DNA of 64,000 nucleotides from Alphaproteobacteria bacterium (GTDB taxonomy: Bacteria; Pseudomonadota; Alphaproteobacteria; Methylaequorales; Methylaequoraceae). Below are positions 18,711 through 26,488 of this stretch, piece by piece. The translations under genes and the position numbers were made by a program. The stretch covers positions 22,859-86,858 of the forward strand of contig JBJKUR010000012.1 in assembly GCA_045563055.1 (NCBI GenBank), read 5' to 3'. The notes beneath the pieces are model-generated. The model ran no database searches. It was given only the letters and a program-made list of their open reading frames with translations, and had not been told where the DNA came from. Position 1 is the stretch's first letter, and every line of letters starts with the position of its first letter.

Positions 18711-18788
18711 ATGTCTAGTATTACAGATTTTATACAACTAAAGTTATCTAGTATTTTATCAGAGCAACCTTTGGTAAAATCTTCATAA
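18711..18788 (+). CDS. 25-codon small ORF behind an extended Shine-Dalgarno
   Basis: The sequence AAGGAGGTGATC precedes the ATG at 18711. The peptide is MSSITDFIQLKLSSILSEQPLVKSS. It has its own promoter-like TTGCTT-N17-TATATA (18646-18674) and a downstream terminator. Confidence 0.35.
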   Translation: MSSITDFIQLKLSSILSEQPLVKSS

Positions 18789-18816
18789 TTACCTTAGTTG
18801 GATAAACTTTAATGCG

Positions 18817-18846
18817 AAAGGGGAGGCAACTCCCCTTTAATTTGTT
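18817..18846 (+). terminator. Intrinsic terminator
   Basis: The stem AAGGGGAG / CTCCCCTT encloses a GCAA loop and is followed by TAATTTGTT. Confidence 0.5.
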
Positions 18847-18856
18847 ATAATTAATA

Positions 18857-19375
18857 ATGTATATTAAATTAATTACAGTTTTATTTTTCTTTCTTGTTCT
18901 AGAGTCAAGTGCTGATGAAATTAATTCATGGGGCGAACTTTTAAAAAAAGGAAATACTTACTTTAAAAAATCGGATAATCAACCATTTACAGGAGTGCTT
19001 AAAAATTTTTTTCCCACGGGTGAAATCTCTGTGATAGACCATTTCAAAGATGGAAAACAGCATGGTGAATTTGTAAGTTTTCACAAAAATGGTGAAATAA
19101 GTATGAAAGGTAATTTTTTTGAAGGAAAACAAAATGGTGATTGGTATGAATATTATGAAAATGGTGCACTGTATTGGAAATTAAATTATAAAAATGGTGT
19201 GAAGAAGGATGGTTTATTTGAAATGTTCCATCAGAATGGTAAATTAAAGTCAAAGGTATTTTATAAAAATAATAATCCCTCCACAAATTGGTTGTATTTC
19301 GACAAAAATGGAAAAAAAATAAGAGAGGATATTTATAAAGATGGTAAATTCTTCTACGAAAAATATTTTGATTAA
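18857..19375 (+). CDS. Exported MORN-variant repeat protein (YwqK-like)
   Basis: It has a signal peptide and repeated G-x-W-x-x-Y-x-x-G / K-x-G units, for example DGKQHGEF, EGKQNGDWYEYYENG and KDGLFEMFHQNG. Confidence 0.7.
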   Translation: MYIKLITVLFFFLVLESSADEINSWGELLKKGNTYFKKSDNQPFTGVLKNFFPTGEISVIDHFKDGKQHGEFVSFHKNGEISMKGNFFEGKQNGDWYEYYENGALYWKLNYKNGVKKDGLFEMFHQNGKLKSKVFYKNNNPSTNWLYFDKNGKKIREDIYKDGKFFYEKYFD

Positions 19376-19443
19376 AACAAAATTTCCAATTGTAAATTAA
19401 TATTATTCATTACTTTCATTATATATATTTTAAAAAGTTTCAA

Positions 19444-19860
19444 ATGCATCTTCTCTTCATGTTAATAGTTATCTTTTTCTCGTATTCTAATTCAAGAGAA
19501 TTAGTTCTTACATGTTTTATAAATAAGGAACTCGAAAACAATATCAAAGCGAATATGAAAATTTATGAAGATGACCGATTAAATATTTTTTTTGATAAAG
19601 AGAATAAATGGATAAATGACTTTAGTTTTAATGATTGGAAAAAACAAAAGGATAATTATTTTGATATAAAATTCATCAATTCATCTGATGCCTTTTTATT
19701 CAAATTAAAAAGATTTCACAATAAAGAAAAAAAAAATTTAGAATCTGTTTCGAAAATTTCAATTAACAAAAAGACTAAATATCTAGAATTCAAAAAATAT
19801 TATTATAATTTTAATCAGGAAATATTTTTTACCTCTGAAGTAAGAGGGAATTGCAAGTAG
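19444..19860 (+). CDS. Hypothetical exported protein
   Basis: It is a 138-aa ORF with an N-terminal hydrophobic segment. I recognised no motif. Confidence 0.3.
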   Translation: MHLLFMLIVIFFSYSNSRELVLTCFINKELENNIKANMKIYEDDRLNIFFDKENKWINDFSFNDWKKQKDNYFDIKFINSSDAFLFKLKRFHNKEKKNLESVSKISINKKTKYLEFKKYYYNFNQEIFFTSEVRGNCK

Positions 19861-19865
19861 ACTCT

Positions 19866-20924
19866 TTATCTTTTGTTTGAGATTGTAATGTCAATGATTT
19901 CATTTTTAGAACCTATTCTAATTTTTGGTCCCCAGCAACCAACTCCTGAAGAAACATATAGATTCGAGTCGTCTTTCTTATATAATCCATAAATATTAGG
20001 AAACTTTATTTTCACTAAAAGGTTAAAGGGGAAAATTTGACCATTGTGTGTGTGACCCGATAGCATCAAATCAATATGGTTCGAATAATATTTCCACAAT
20101 AAAGGTTTGTGAACAATAATCAGATTGAAAGCATTGCTAATTAAATCATGATTTTTAATATTATTTTTTTGACTTTCCAACATCCCATCACCTACCCCAA
20201 TAAGATTGATCTCATGAAATTTAACAGATTGTCCATCAATTAATTTGATGTTAAAGTCGTTTAACTTATTTTTGATTTTTTTCCAGTTTTTTAGGTAAAG
20301 TTCGTGATTTCCTGTCACAAAAAAAATAGGCTTATTTAGTGTTTTAAATTCAGCTAAATCATTAAAGTTAAACTTATCAGAATCCAATAAATCGCCACCA
20401 ATAATTACAACATCAGATCTAAGACTTTGGATTATATCAATAACCTTAATGAGATGATTTTTTGAATTTGAACCCAAATGTAGATCGCTTAGAAAAATAA
20501 TTTTCACCCTTTTCTTTACTTTTCTAGAGAAGAAATTTAATCGTTTTAATCGAATTGAATTAGCGTTGATTAATCCATATAACACAAGAATAGAAATCAA
20601 TGCCAAGGCTGTCATACCTATAATTTCTTGATTAATTTTAGTTACAGTTTTTACTACTAACATCAAAGTTATCACACATAAACTTATAAAACCAATACCC
20701 ATTCCCTCAAAAATAATTACTTTGAAGAATGTATTTGAAACTTTATTTTTAAAATATAAAATTATAATTAGATAAAATAGAAACGACGAAATTATTGAGA
20801 AAATTTGGAGAATTGGTTTGTTGAATATAAAATAAAAAAGAACATCAAATGGAAAAAAGTAAATTAAATATGTAAAAAATGTTCCAAGTAAATAATTAAA
20901 AAACTTTCTAGTTATCAAAAACAT
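19866..20924 (-). CDS. Membrane-anchored metallophosphoesterase
   Basis: It has several N-terminal TM helices followed by the calcineurin-like motifs SDLHLG, GGDLLD, GNHE and GHTHNG. Confidence 0.8.
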   Translation of the reverse strand: MFLITRKFFNYLLGTFFTYLIYFFPFDVLFYFIFNKPILQIFSIISSFLFYLIIILYFKNKVSNTFFKVIIFEGMGIGFISLCVITLMLVVKTVTKINQEIIGMTALALISILVLYGLINANSIRLKRLNFFSRKVKKRVKIIFLSDLHLGSNSKNHLIKVIDIIQSLRSDVVIIGGDLLDSDKFNFNDLAEFKTLNKPIFFVTGNHELYLKNWKKIKNKLNDFNIKLIDGQSVKFHEINLIGVGDGMLESQKNNIKNHDLISNAFNLIIVHKPLLWKYYSNHIDLMLSGHTHNGQIFPFNLLVKIKFPNIYGLYKKDDSNLYVSSGVGCWGPKIRIGSKNEIIDITISNKR

Positions 20925-20999
20925 ATCAATCTTATAGAAGTTTTACTGCTAGAATGTAACCTTTTCAAAAATAATTTTTGTGGTGAAGTCGAAAAAAAA

Positions 21000-21521
21000 A
21001 TGAAATTAAGAAGAATAGAAAAAATAATCGAAAATATGATGTTTGCCTCTCGATGGTTATTGGCACCGTTTTATTTTGGTTTGATAATATCATTAATTTT
21101 CTTGCTTATAGTTTTTATCAAAGAAATTGTGCATTTCACTCTACATTTTAATGCAAACGAAACAGAATTAATTCTGTTTGTTTTGACTTTGATTGACTTA
21201 TCATTTGCTGGTAATTTATTAATAATAGTTATTTTTTCTGGTTACGAAAATTTTGTATCTAAAATAAATGTTGCAAATCATGAGGATAAACCTGAATGGA
21301 TGGGAACCGTTGATTTTGGTGGATTAAAATTAAAACTTATTTCATCTATTGTTGCTATTTCTGGAATTCATTTATTAAAAGTATTTTTTGGTTTACAAAA
21401 TTATACTGAAAATGAAATAATTTTATTTATTGCCGTACATTTTACATTTGTAATAAGTGGAGTTCTACTTGCATATATGGATTATTTAGTAACTAAGGTA
21501 AAAAAAATAAATAAAGTTTGA
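21000..21521 (+). CDS. yqhA: UPF0114/YqhA-family membrane protein
   Basis: The N-terminus ...FASRWLLAPFYFGLI and the four-TM layout are typical of YqhA. Confidence 0.65.
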   Translation: MKLRRIEKIIENMMFASRWLLAPFYFGLIISLIFLLIVFIKEIVHFTLHFNANETELILFVLTLIDLSFAGNLLIIVIFSGYENFVSKINVANHEDKPEWMGTVDFGGLKLKLISSIVAISGIHLLKVFFGLQNYTENEIILFIAVHFTFVISGVLLAYMDYLVTKVKKINKV

Positions 21522-21586
21522 TATGTTAAGTGGAATTTAAAAAGTATTGCTTGCAAGTATTTGTAGATAAACAATTTATTGAGTAA

Positions 21587-22210
21587 ATGTCATTTAAATT
21601 AATTAATATAGAATTAAGTATTGGAAATTATAAGATTCTCAAGAGAAAGAGCATGGATCTGCTCGAAGGTCAACATGTTTTAATCTATGGACCATCAGGG
21701 AGTGGAAAAACCACTCTTATTAATCTAATGGCTGGTTTGCTAAAACCGACGAAAGGAAAAATCTATTTTAAGGACATTGACTACTCGTCTTTAGATGAGT
21801 TAGAAATAGATAATTTAAGAAAGGAAAAATTTGGCTTTATCTTTCAAAAACTTCATCTAATGGAACATTTGAATGTTGAACAAAATATTTCCTTAGGTCA
21901 AAATACTACAAATCCCCATCACGTGAGTAAGCTTATAGATTTACTTGGATTATCTGAAAGGAAAAAATCTTTAGCAAGAAACCTAAGCCTTGGAGAGGCT
22001 CAAAGAGTAGCAATTGCTAGGGGAGTAGTAAAAAAACCTGAAGTGATATTCGCTGATGAACCTACTTCAGCACTTGATGATAATAACGCCAAAAAATTTA
22101 TTAAGTTAATTCTCTCAGAAGCAGAGCAAAACAATGCAAATGTTATTATTTCATCGCATGATAGTAGAATAAAAGCATATTTTTCAAAAGTTTTGGTGGT
22201 TTCGAAATGA
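21587..22210 (+). CDS. ABC transporter ATP-binding protein (MacB/LolD-type)
   Basis: It has Walker A (GPSGSGKTT), the signature LSLGEAQR and Walker B (VIFADEPT). Confidence 0.85.
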   Translation: MSFKLINIELSIGNYKILKRKSMDLLEGQHVLIYGPSGSGKTTLINLMAGLLKPTKGKIYFKDIDYSSLDELEIDNLRKEKFGFIFQKLHLMEHLNVEQNISLGQNTTNPHHVSKLIDLLGLSERKKSLARNLSLGEAQRVAIARGVVKKPEVIFADEPTSALDDNNAKKFIKLILSEAEQNNANVIISSHDSRIKAYFSKVLVVSK

Positions 22211-22479
22211 GTGATCTTAGTTTTGTTTTCTTATCCATAAAGTCACGATTTTTAAACTGCCTTTTGTCAATTCTTTTAACTGCTTTTGGAGTATCAATTG
22301 CGCTAATAATTTTACAATTTAGTAATCATCTAGATGAAAGACTCAAAAAAGATAACGGGGGAGTGGATATTGTAGTTGGAGCTAAAGGTAGTCCTCTTCA
22401 ACTGGTACTTTCTTCTATCTATCACATTGATTATCCAAACGGAAATATTCCATTTGAAGGGGTAGAAAAAAAATTATGA
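22207..22479 (+). CDS. FtsX/MacB-type ABC permease, N-terminal fragment (TM1 plus the start of the periplasmic domain)
   Basis: It is 90 aa and ends in an A8 run. Its TGA forms an ATGA overlap with the next ORF, which continues the same protein family. Confidence 0.6.
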   Translation: MSDLSFVFLSIKSRFLNCLLSILLTAFGVSIALIILQFSNHLDERLKKDNGGVDIVVGAKGSPLQLVLSSIYHIDYPNGNIPFEGVEKKL

Positions 22480-23522
22480 ATAACCCTCAAGTCGACAAAG
22501 CCATTCCAATTGCGTTGGGAGATAATTGGAAAAGATATAGAATTGTAGGAACGCAGTATGATTTTCTAGATCTATACAATGCCAAAATTGATAGAGGTCA
22601 GATCTGGAAAAATAAGTATGAGATTGTAGTTGGATCTGATGTAGATTTAAATCTTTTAGATGAAATTCATGGGTCTCACGGACTTTATGAAAGTGATAAT
22701 ATTCACGAAAATGAGAAATATATTGTTGTTGGTAAGTTAAATAGTACCGGCACAGTGATAGATAGATTGATAATCACCTCTATAAATTCAGTTCTTGATA
22801 TTCATGGTTTTAGTAATATTGAAACCCATCATGACCATGAAGAACACGAAGATGATAAACATAAACATGAAGAACACAAAGATGGTTTTACGGAGATACA
22901 TGAAGAGGATCACGCAGAACATCAACATGATACGCAAGATCGAGAGTATGATGAAAATGAAGACAAAAAAACATTTTCAGCTGAAATAACAGCCTTATTG
23001 ATAAAAACCAAGTCACCTGTTTCAAATATCAACTTACCTCGACAAATCAATCGTGAAAATTCATTTCTAGCAGCTGTTCCAGCTAATGAAATAACTCGTT
23101 TTGTATCCATGTTAGGTTTTGGTTCAAAAAGTTTTAAACTACTTTCAATTATATTAATAATAGTTGCAGCATTAAGTATTTTTTCAGGATTAGCCGCTAA
23201 TCTTCAAAATAGAATGACAGACCTTGCAATATTGAGAGCTTTGGGTTATTCCAAGAATAGGATATTTAAAATGATATGTATTGAGGGAATCACGATAGTT
23301 ACAATGGGTCTTATAGTTGGAATTTTATTTGGTCTTATTTTGTTAAGTTTTTTTATTGGGATAATTTCCCCGTTAAATCAATCAAATATGGGTTTTATTT
23401 TTGCATATGATTTATTATTTCTGATAATAGTTGTATTGTTTTCTGGGTTGCTGGCTGCATTGTTTCCAGCATATAAAGCATCGAAAGTTAGTGTTGCAGA
23501 TCAACTCTCAAGAAATGTATAA
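22476..23522 (+). CDS. FtsX/MacB-type ABC permease, main fragment with a His-rich periplasmic insert
   Basis: It continues the periplasmic domain (VDKAIPIALGDNWKRYRIVGT). A His/Glu/Asp-rich stretch follows (HHDHEEHEDDKHKHEEHKDGFTEIHEEDHAEHQHD), then a C-terminal FtsX module of three TM helices. Confidence 0.75.
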   Translation: MNNPQVDKAIPIALGDNWKRYRIVGTQYDFLDLYNAKIDRGQIWKNKYEIVVGSDVDLNLLDEIHGSHGLYESDNIHENEKYIVVGKLNSTGTVIDRLIITSINSVLDIHGFSNIETHHDHEEHEDDKHKHEEHKDGFTEIHEEDHAEHQHDTQDREYDENEDKKTFSAEITALLIKTKSPVSNINLPRQINRENSFLAAVPANEITRFVSMLGFGSKSFKLLSIILIIVAALSIFSGLAANLQNRMTDLAILRALGYSKNRIFKMICIEGITIVTMGLIVGILFGLILLSFFIGIISPLNQSNMGFIFAYDLLFLIIVVLFSGLLAALFPAYKASKVSVADQLSRNV

Positions 23523-23552
23523 ACGAAATATTTTTATATTCTAGGTAAATTC

Positions 23553-24137
23553 ATGTTAAAATATCATTTATTAATTTGTTTTCTAACATTAATTTATTTA
23601 TTTAAAACTCCTAACCTAAAAGCACTAGATAAGAACTCCTTTGCTATTCAAAATGACGAGGAACTCGTAGAAACAAACTCCGAAGAAGATTTCGATATAT
23701 CACAAGAAGAACTTATTTCTAACATAGACGATTTTGTTAGCTTGCCTAAAGGGGGAACACATTGGAAAATTTTCGGAGAAACTATAATGGATGAATATAA
23801 ATTTATAGATAAACAGGGTTTTGAATGGGTGGGGGTCCGCCCAATATTCTCAGATGAAATTAAAAGTCTTGAATCTACAAAAATTTTAATTCAGGGCTAT
23901 ATGTTTCCTTTGGATCAAGATGATAAACAAAAAACTTTTCTTCTTGTTCCATTTCCTGCAACCTGTCCATATCACCCTCATGTTTCATCGAATTTAATTA
24001 TTGAAGTCCACGCCAAATCATCCATTAAATATTCCTACGAACCAGTAAATATCAGGGGTATTTTAGAACTAGTTCCAAAGGACGATATATTTAATGTCTT
24101 TTTTCGTTTAAATAAAGCAGTGTTAGTTTCGAATTGA
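23553..24137 (+). CDS. Exported DUF3299-like protein
   Basis: It has a signal peptide, and the C-terminal half (ILIQGYMFPLD...FLLVPFPATCPYHPH...IRGILEL) resembles the DUF3299 family that accompanies MacB-type transporters. Confidence 0.6.
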   Translation: MLKYHLLICFLTLIYLFKTPNLKALDKNSFAIQNDEELVETNSEEDFDISQEELISNIDDFVSLPKGGTHWKIFGETIMDEYKFIDKQGFEWVGVRPIFSDEIKSLESTKILIQGYMFPLDQDDKQKTFLLVPFPATCPYHPHVSSNLIIEVHAKSSIKYSYEPVNIRGILELVPKDDIFNVFFRLNKAVLVSN

Positions 24138-24147
24138 ATTATTAAAA

Positions 24148-24573
24148 TTAAGAGCATTCATTGCAAGTACCGTTTATTTCAAGATTCCATTTTTCTGGTG
24201 TAAACATTTTACTTTTTGTAGTTTTTACGAAAATTTTTGGAAGCTCACAAAAATGAGATTCAATTACTTTGCCACAATCGTTGCAGATCATGAATTGAAA
24301 ACCTTTATGTACATGATCAGCTTCACAAACCGAGTAGGCATTTAAACTTTCAATTCTATGTATGAAGTTATGTTTATGCCAAAATGAAATTGCTCTATAG
24401 GCAGTAGGTGGTTTTGGGTTGCTAACAAATTCACCTAATTTTTCTAAAATGTCGTAAGCTTTAATAGGTCTATTACTTAAAGTAATTATTTGTAGAACTT
24501 TTTGTCTTGGACCAGTAAACCTATGATTGTTTTCTAGGCAAAATCGGGCAGCTTTTTTTAATATATTTTCCAT
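24148..24573 (-). CDS. zur: Fur-family regulator, probably Zur
   Basis: It has a winged-helix N-terminus and the pattern HxH...CNDCG...CNEC, with two CxxC pairs. It neighbours a His-rich ABC transporter and a Cys-rich peptide gene. The Zur-versus-Fur assignment is inferred from this context. Confidence 0.7.
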   Translation of the reverse strand: MENILKKAARFCLENNHRFTGPRQKVLQIITLSNRPIKAYDILEKLGEFVSNPKPPTAYRAISFWHKHNFIHRIESLNAYSVCEADHVHKGFQFMICNDCGKVIESHFCELPKIFVKTTKSKMFTPEKWNLEINGTCNECS

Positions 24574-24912
24574 TATAAATACAGTTAATTATTATAACAT
24601 AACATACAAACTATAAATAATTTTTAAAAAATGAAAATAAAAAAAATCTAAGAAAAATTTTAACTTTACAGATAGTTAATGAAATAAATTTTATTCTAGT
24701 AAGAGGTAAAACAAACAAAAAAAGTGTGTCTTTTTAATCCAATTTCATAAACTACTACTGTACGAACTACTTTATTATCATGGTAATCTGAGAATAATTT
24801 ATTGTGGTCATTTCTTAAAAAAAACGAAGTGGAAATGAAGTTGATTGAAATGGATAAGGAAACATGAACTAATTTCTCTTTACTACAAAAATGTCAGAGA
24901 ATAGGCTTGTGT

Positions 24913-25062
24913 CTATGAACAGCAGTTTTCTGAATCGCTACAACATCCGTCTTTGCAACAACCACTGCTGCACTTTCCTGTTTCGCAACCATCACTACAA
25001 CAGCCATCTGCACAACAAGTGAACTTGCAACAAGTCTCTTCGATATTATTCATTTTAGTCAC
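24913..25062 (-). CDS. Unlisted Cys-rich small protein, metallothionein-like
   Basis: AAGGAG (25074-25069) lies 6 nt before a GTG at 25062, with an in-frame ATG at 25053. The peptide is MNNIEETCCKFTCCADGCCSDGCETGKCSSGCCKDGCCSDSENCCS, with 14 Cys in 46 aa, six of them as CC doublets. A promoter-like TTGATA-N16-TAAAAT lies at 25118-25091. Confidence 0.5.
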   Translation of the reverse strand: MTKMNNIEETCCKFTCCADGCCSDGCETGKCSSGCCKDGCCSDSENCCS

Positions 25063-25152
25063 TATAAACTCCTTTATTTTATTCAATTTAATTTTACTAT
25101 AAATTCAATAAGTATCAATTAAAAATACATTTTTTATCATTTATGAGTCTCT

Positions 25153-25204
25153 CTAAAACAAACAAGGGCGAACAATTGCCCGCCCTTGCCGATGAGACTT
25201 CTGT
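25153..25204. repeat. 52-bp perfect direct repeat, copy A (duplicate of the tmRNA gene 3' end and terminator)
   Basis: CTAAAACAAACAAGGGCGAACAATTGCCCGCCCTTGCCGATGAGACTTCTGT is identical to 26654-26705. Similarity continues imperfectly for about 10-25 nt on both sides. Confidence 0.9.
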
Positions 25205-25315
25205 GTCTCGGTGTATGGTCTAAGACCCTCTGTTTCTGGGGAGTTCTCAAAAAGTGTCTGTAAAAGTGTCTGTAAATTGAGGTCATTTTTTGCACGACTT
25301 CTGCACGGACTACTT
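25153..25315 (-). ncRNA. Candidate sRNA of about 160 nt ending in the tmRNA-type terminator
   Basis: A minus-strand promoter-like TTGAAC (25349-25344)-N16-TATTAT (25327-25322) lies upstream. The body contains a tandem 12-mer (ACAGACACTTTT twice) and small hairpins. The 3' end is CAAGGGCG-N10-CGCCCTTG followed by TTTGTTTT. The 77-aa ORF listed here runs through the terminator and looks non-coding. Confidence 0.3.
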
Positions 25316-25413
25316 TTTATCATAATAATCTGGGAACAGTTTAGTTCAATAAACAACCAAGTATTCATTTTCTGATTTACAGGCAATAATTGAAGATAAT
25401 TTTTAGTTCCAGA

Positions 25414-25845
25414 TTATTCCTTATTATCTTCTAAATAGACTCTATTTCCTCTAAGTGCAAAAAATAGTCCTCCACAATAAAGCATTACGTGAAAATTATC
25501 ATATAACAATACATCCAAAAAACTTTCTGGTTCTTGCATCAAAATAATACCTGTCATAATGCCACATATAACAATACCGCAGAACCTTGTTATTAATCCA
25601 CCATAACTATTAAGTTTTTTTGTTACTAACAATCCACCAATTAGCAACCCAATCCCTGAAAGAAGTTCTCCCCATGTAACAAAAAACCAGACGGTCATTG
25701 GCAAACCAAAAGATTCTGCATCAGAAATATTAAGAGGTAACTTTGATAATCCTTGCAAAATAAATACAACTGCAAGCGGGACTCTTATAAGAAAATTTGC
25801 ACCTTTGAAGTCTGGAATTTTTTTTAAAACACTTTTTATTGACAT
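25414..25845 (-). CDS. DoxX-family membrane protein
   Basis: It is 143 aa with four TM helices and a DoxX-like N-terminus (LIRVPLAVVFILQGLSKL). Confidence 0.55.
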   Translation of the reverse strand: MSIKSVLKKIPDFKGANFLIRVPLAVVFILQGLSKLPLNISDAESFGLPMTVWFFVTWGELLSGIGLLIGGLLVTKKLNSYGGLITRFCGIVICGIMTGIILMQEPESFLDVLLYDNFHVMLYCGGLFFALRGNRVYLEDNKE

Positions 25846-26314
25846 ATGTTATTTTGTTATATTAATGATGAAACAAACATTTGACTAGTTTTTCATTGTT
25901 TTTTAAAACTTACATCTGTTTAAAACTCTAGTTTTATACTGTACAATTTTGCAACATAAAATCATATAGACCAAATTACAATGACTACTAATAATTTTTC
26001 AGTAAAGGTGATTTTGATTAGTTTAGATAAATCCATAATAATAAGTGATAATTGGTATAGACATAAAAAATATATCCAGAGATTAATTTATTACTATATA
26101 AATAATGGCGTCTATACCAATTCCTTCCTTTTGCGAGTGGTTTAGGCGCTTTATTCTTTTATTTTCGCAATTTTAAAATAACAAACGAAGAATGTCTGTG
26201 TTTATTATCTGAGTATGTTCATTATTGAAAATTATAACAAATATACAGAAGATAAATTTCCAAAAAAATTAAAGATTTATTAAAATATAACTTTAACCTT
26301 TATTGGAGATACAC

Positions 26315-26476
26315 ATGAAAAATTTCTACTTTTTATTCTTCGCCTTAGCAATTTTAATTTCTTCTGAATCCATAAGAGCGGACGGACACGGAGAAAAAAA
26401 AGAAGTTGTAGAAGAAAAAACTGAAGATACTTCTGAAGAAAAAGAAGAAGAGTCAACAGAAGAAAAAAAAGAATAA
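26315..26476 (+). CDS. Unlisted 53-aa secreted acidic peptide
   Basis: GGAG precedes the ATG at 26315. The peptide is MKNFYFLFFALAILISSESIRA-DGHGEKKEVVEEKTEDTSEEKEEESTEEKKE, a signal peptide followed by an E/K-rich tail. A strong hairpin follows the gene. The listed antisense ORF 26280..26501 is a low-complexity shadow. Confidence 0.4.
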   Translation: MKNFYFLFFALAILISSESIRADGHGEKKEVVEEKTEDTSEEKEEESTEEKKE

Positions 26477-26488
26477 AATAAATTATAA

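Noticed and set aside
22795-22989. A 64-aa plus-strand ORF rich in M, K and N.
   Set aside because: It is an alternative frame of the His-rich cassette inside the permease gene, so it is an artefact of the repetitive CAT/GAA sequence.
24574-24610. A possible Zur box upstream of zur (GTTAATTATTATAACATAAC).
   Set aside because: Only the right half (TATAACAT) resembles the TGTTATA-N-TATAACA type core I remember. The left half does not match, and AT-rich palindromes are common here. It needs a motif derived from the whole genome.
25153-25386. A 77-aa minus-strand ORF.
   Set aside because: It reads straight through the duplicated tmRNA-type terminator hairpin and has no SD or family resemblance. 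I treat the region as non-coding or an sRNA candidate.
26053-26120. An 11-bp perfect inverted repeat, TTGGTATAGAC...GTCTATACCAA, separated by 46 nt inside the islet. It could be a MITE-like element or the ends of a mobile unit.
   Set aside because: There are no target-site duplication, no second copy in the window and no transposase. It also overlaps a weak 54-aa ORF starting at 25981. It is recorded but not interpretable from this window alone.
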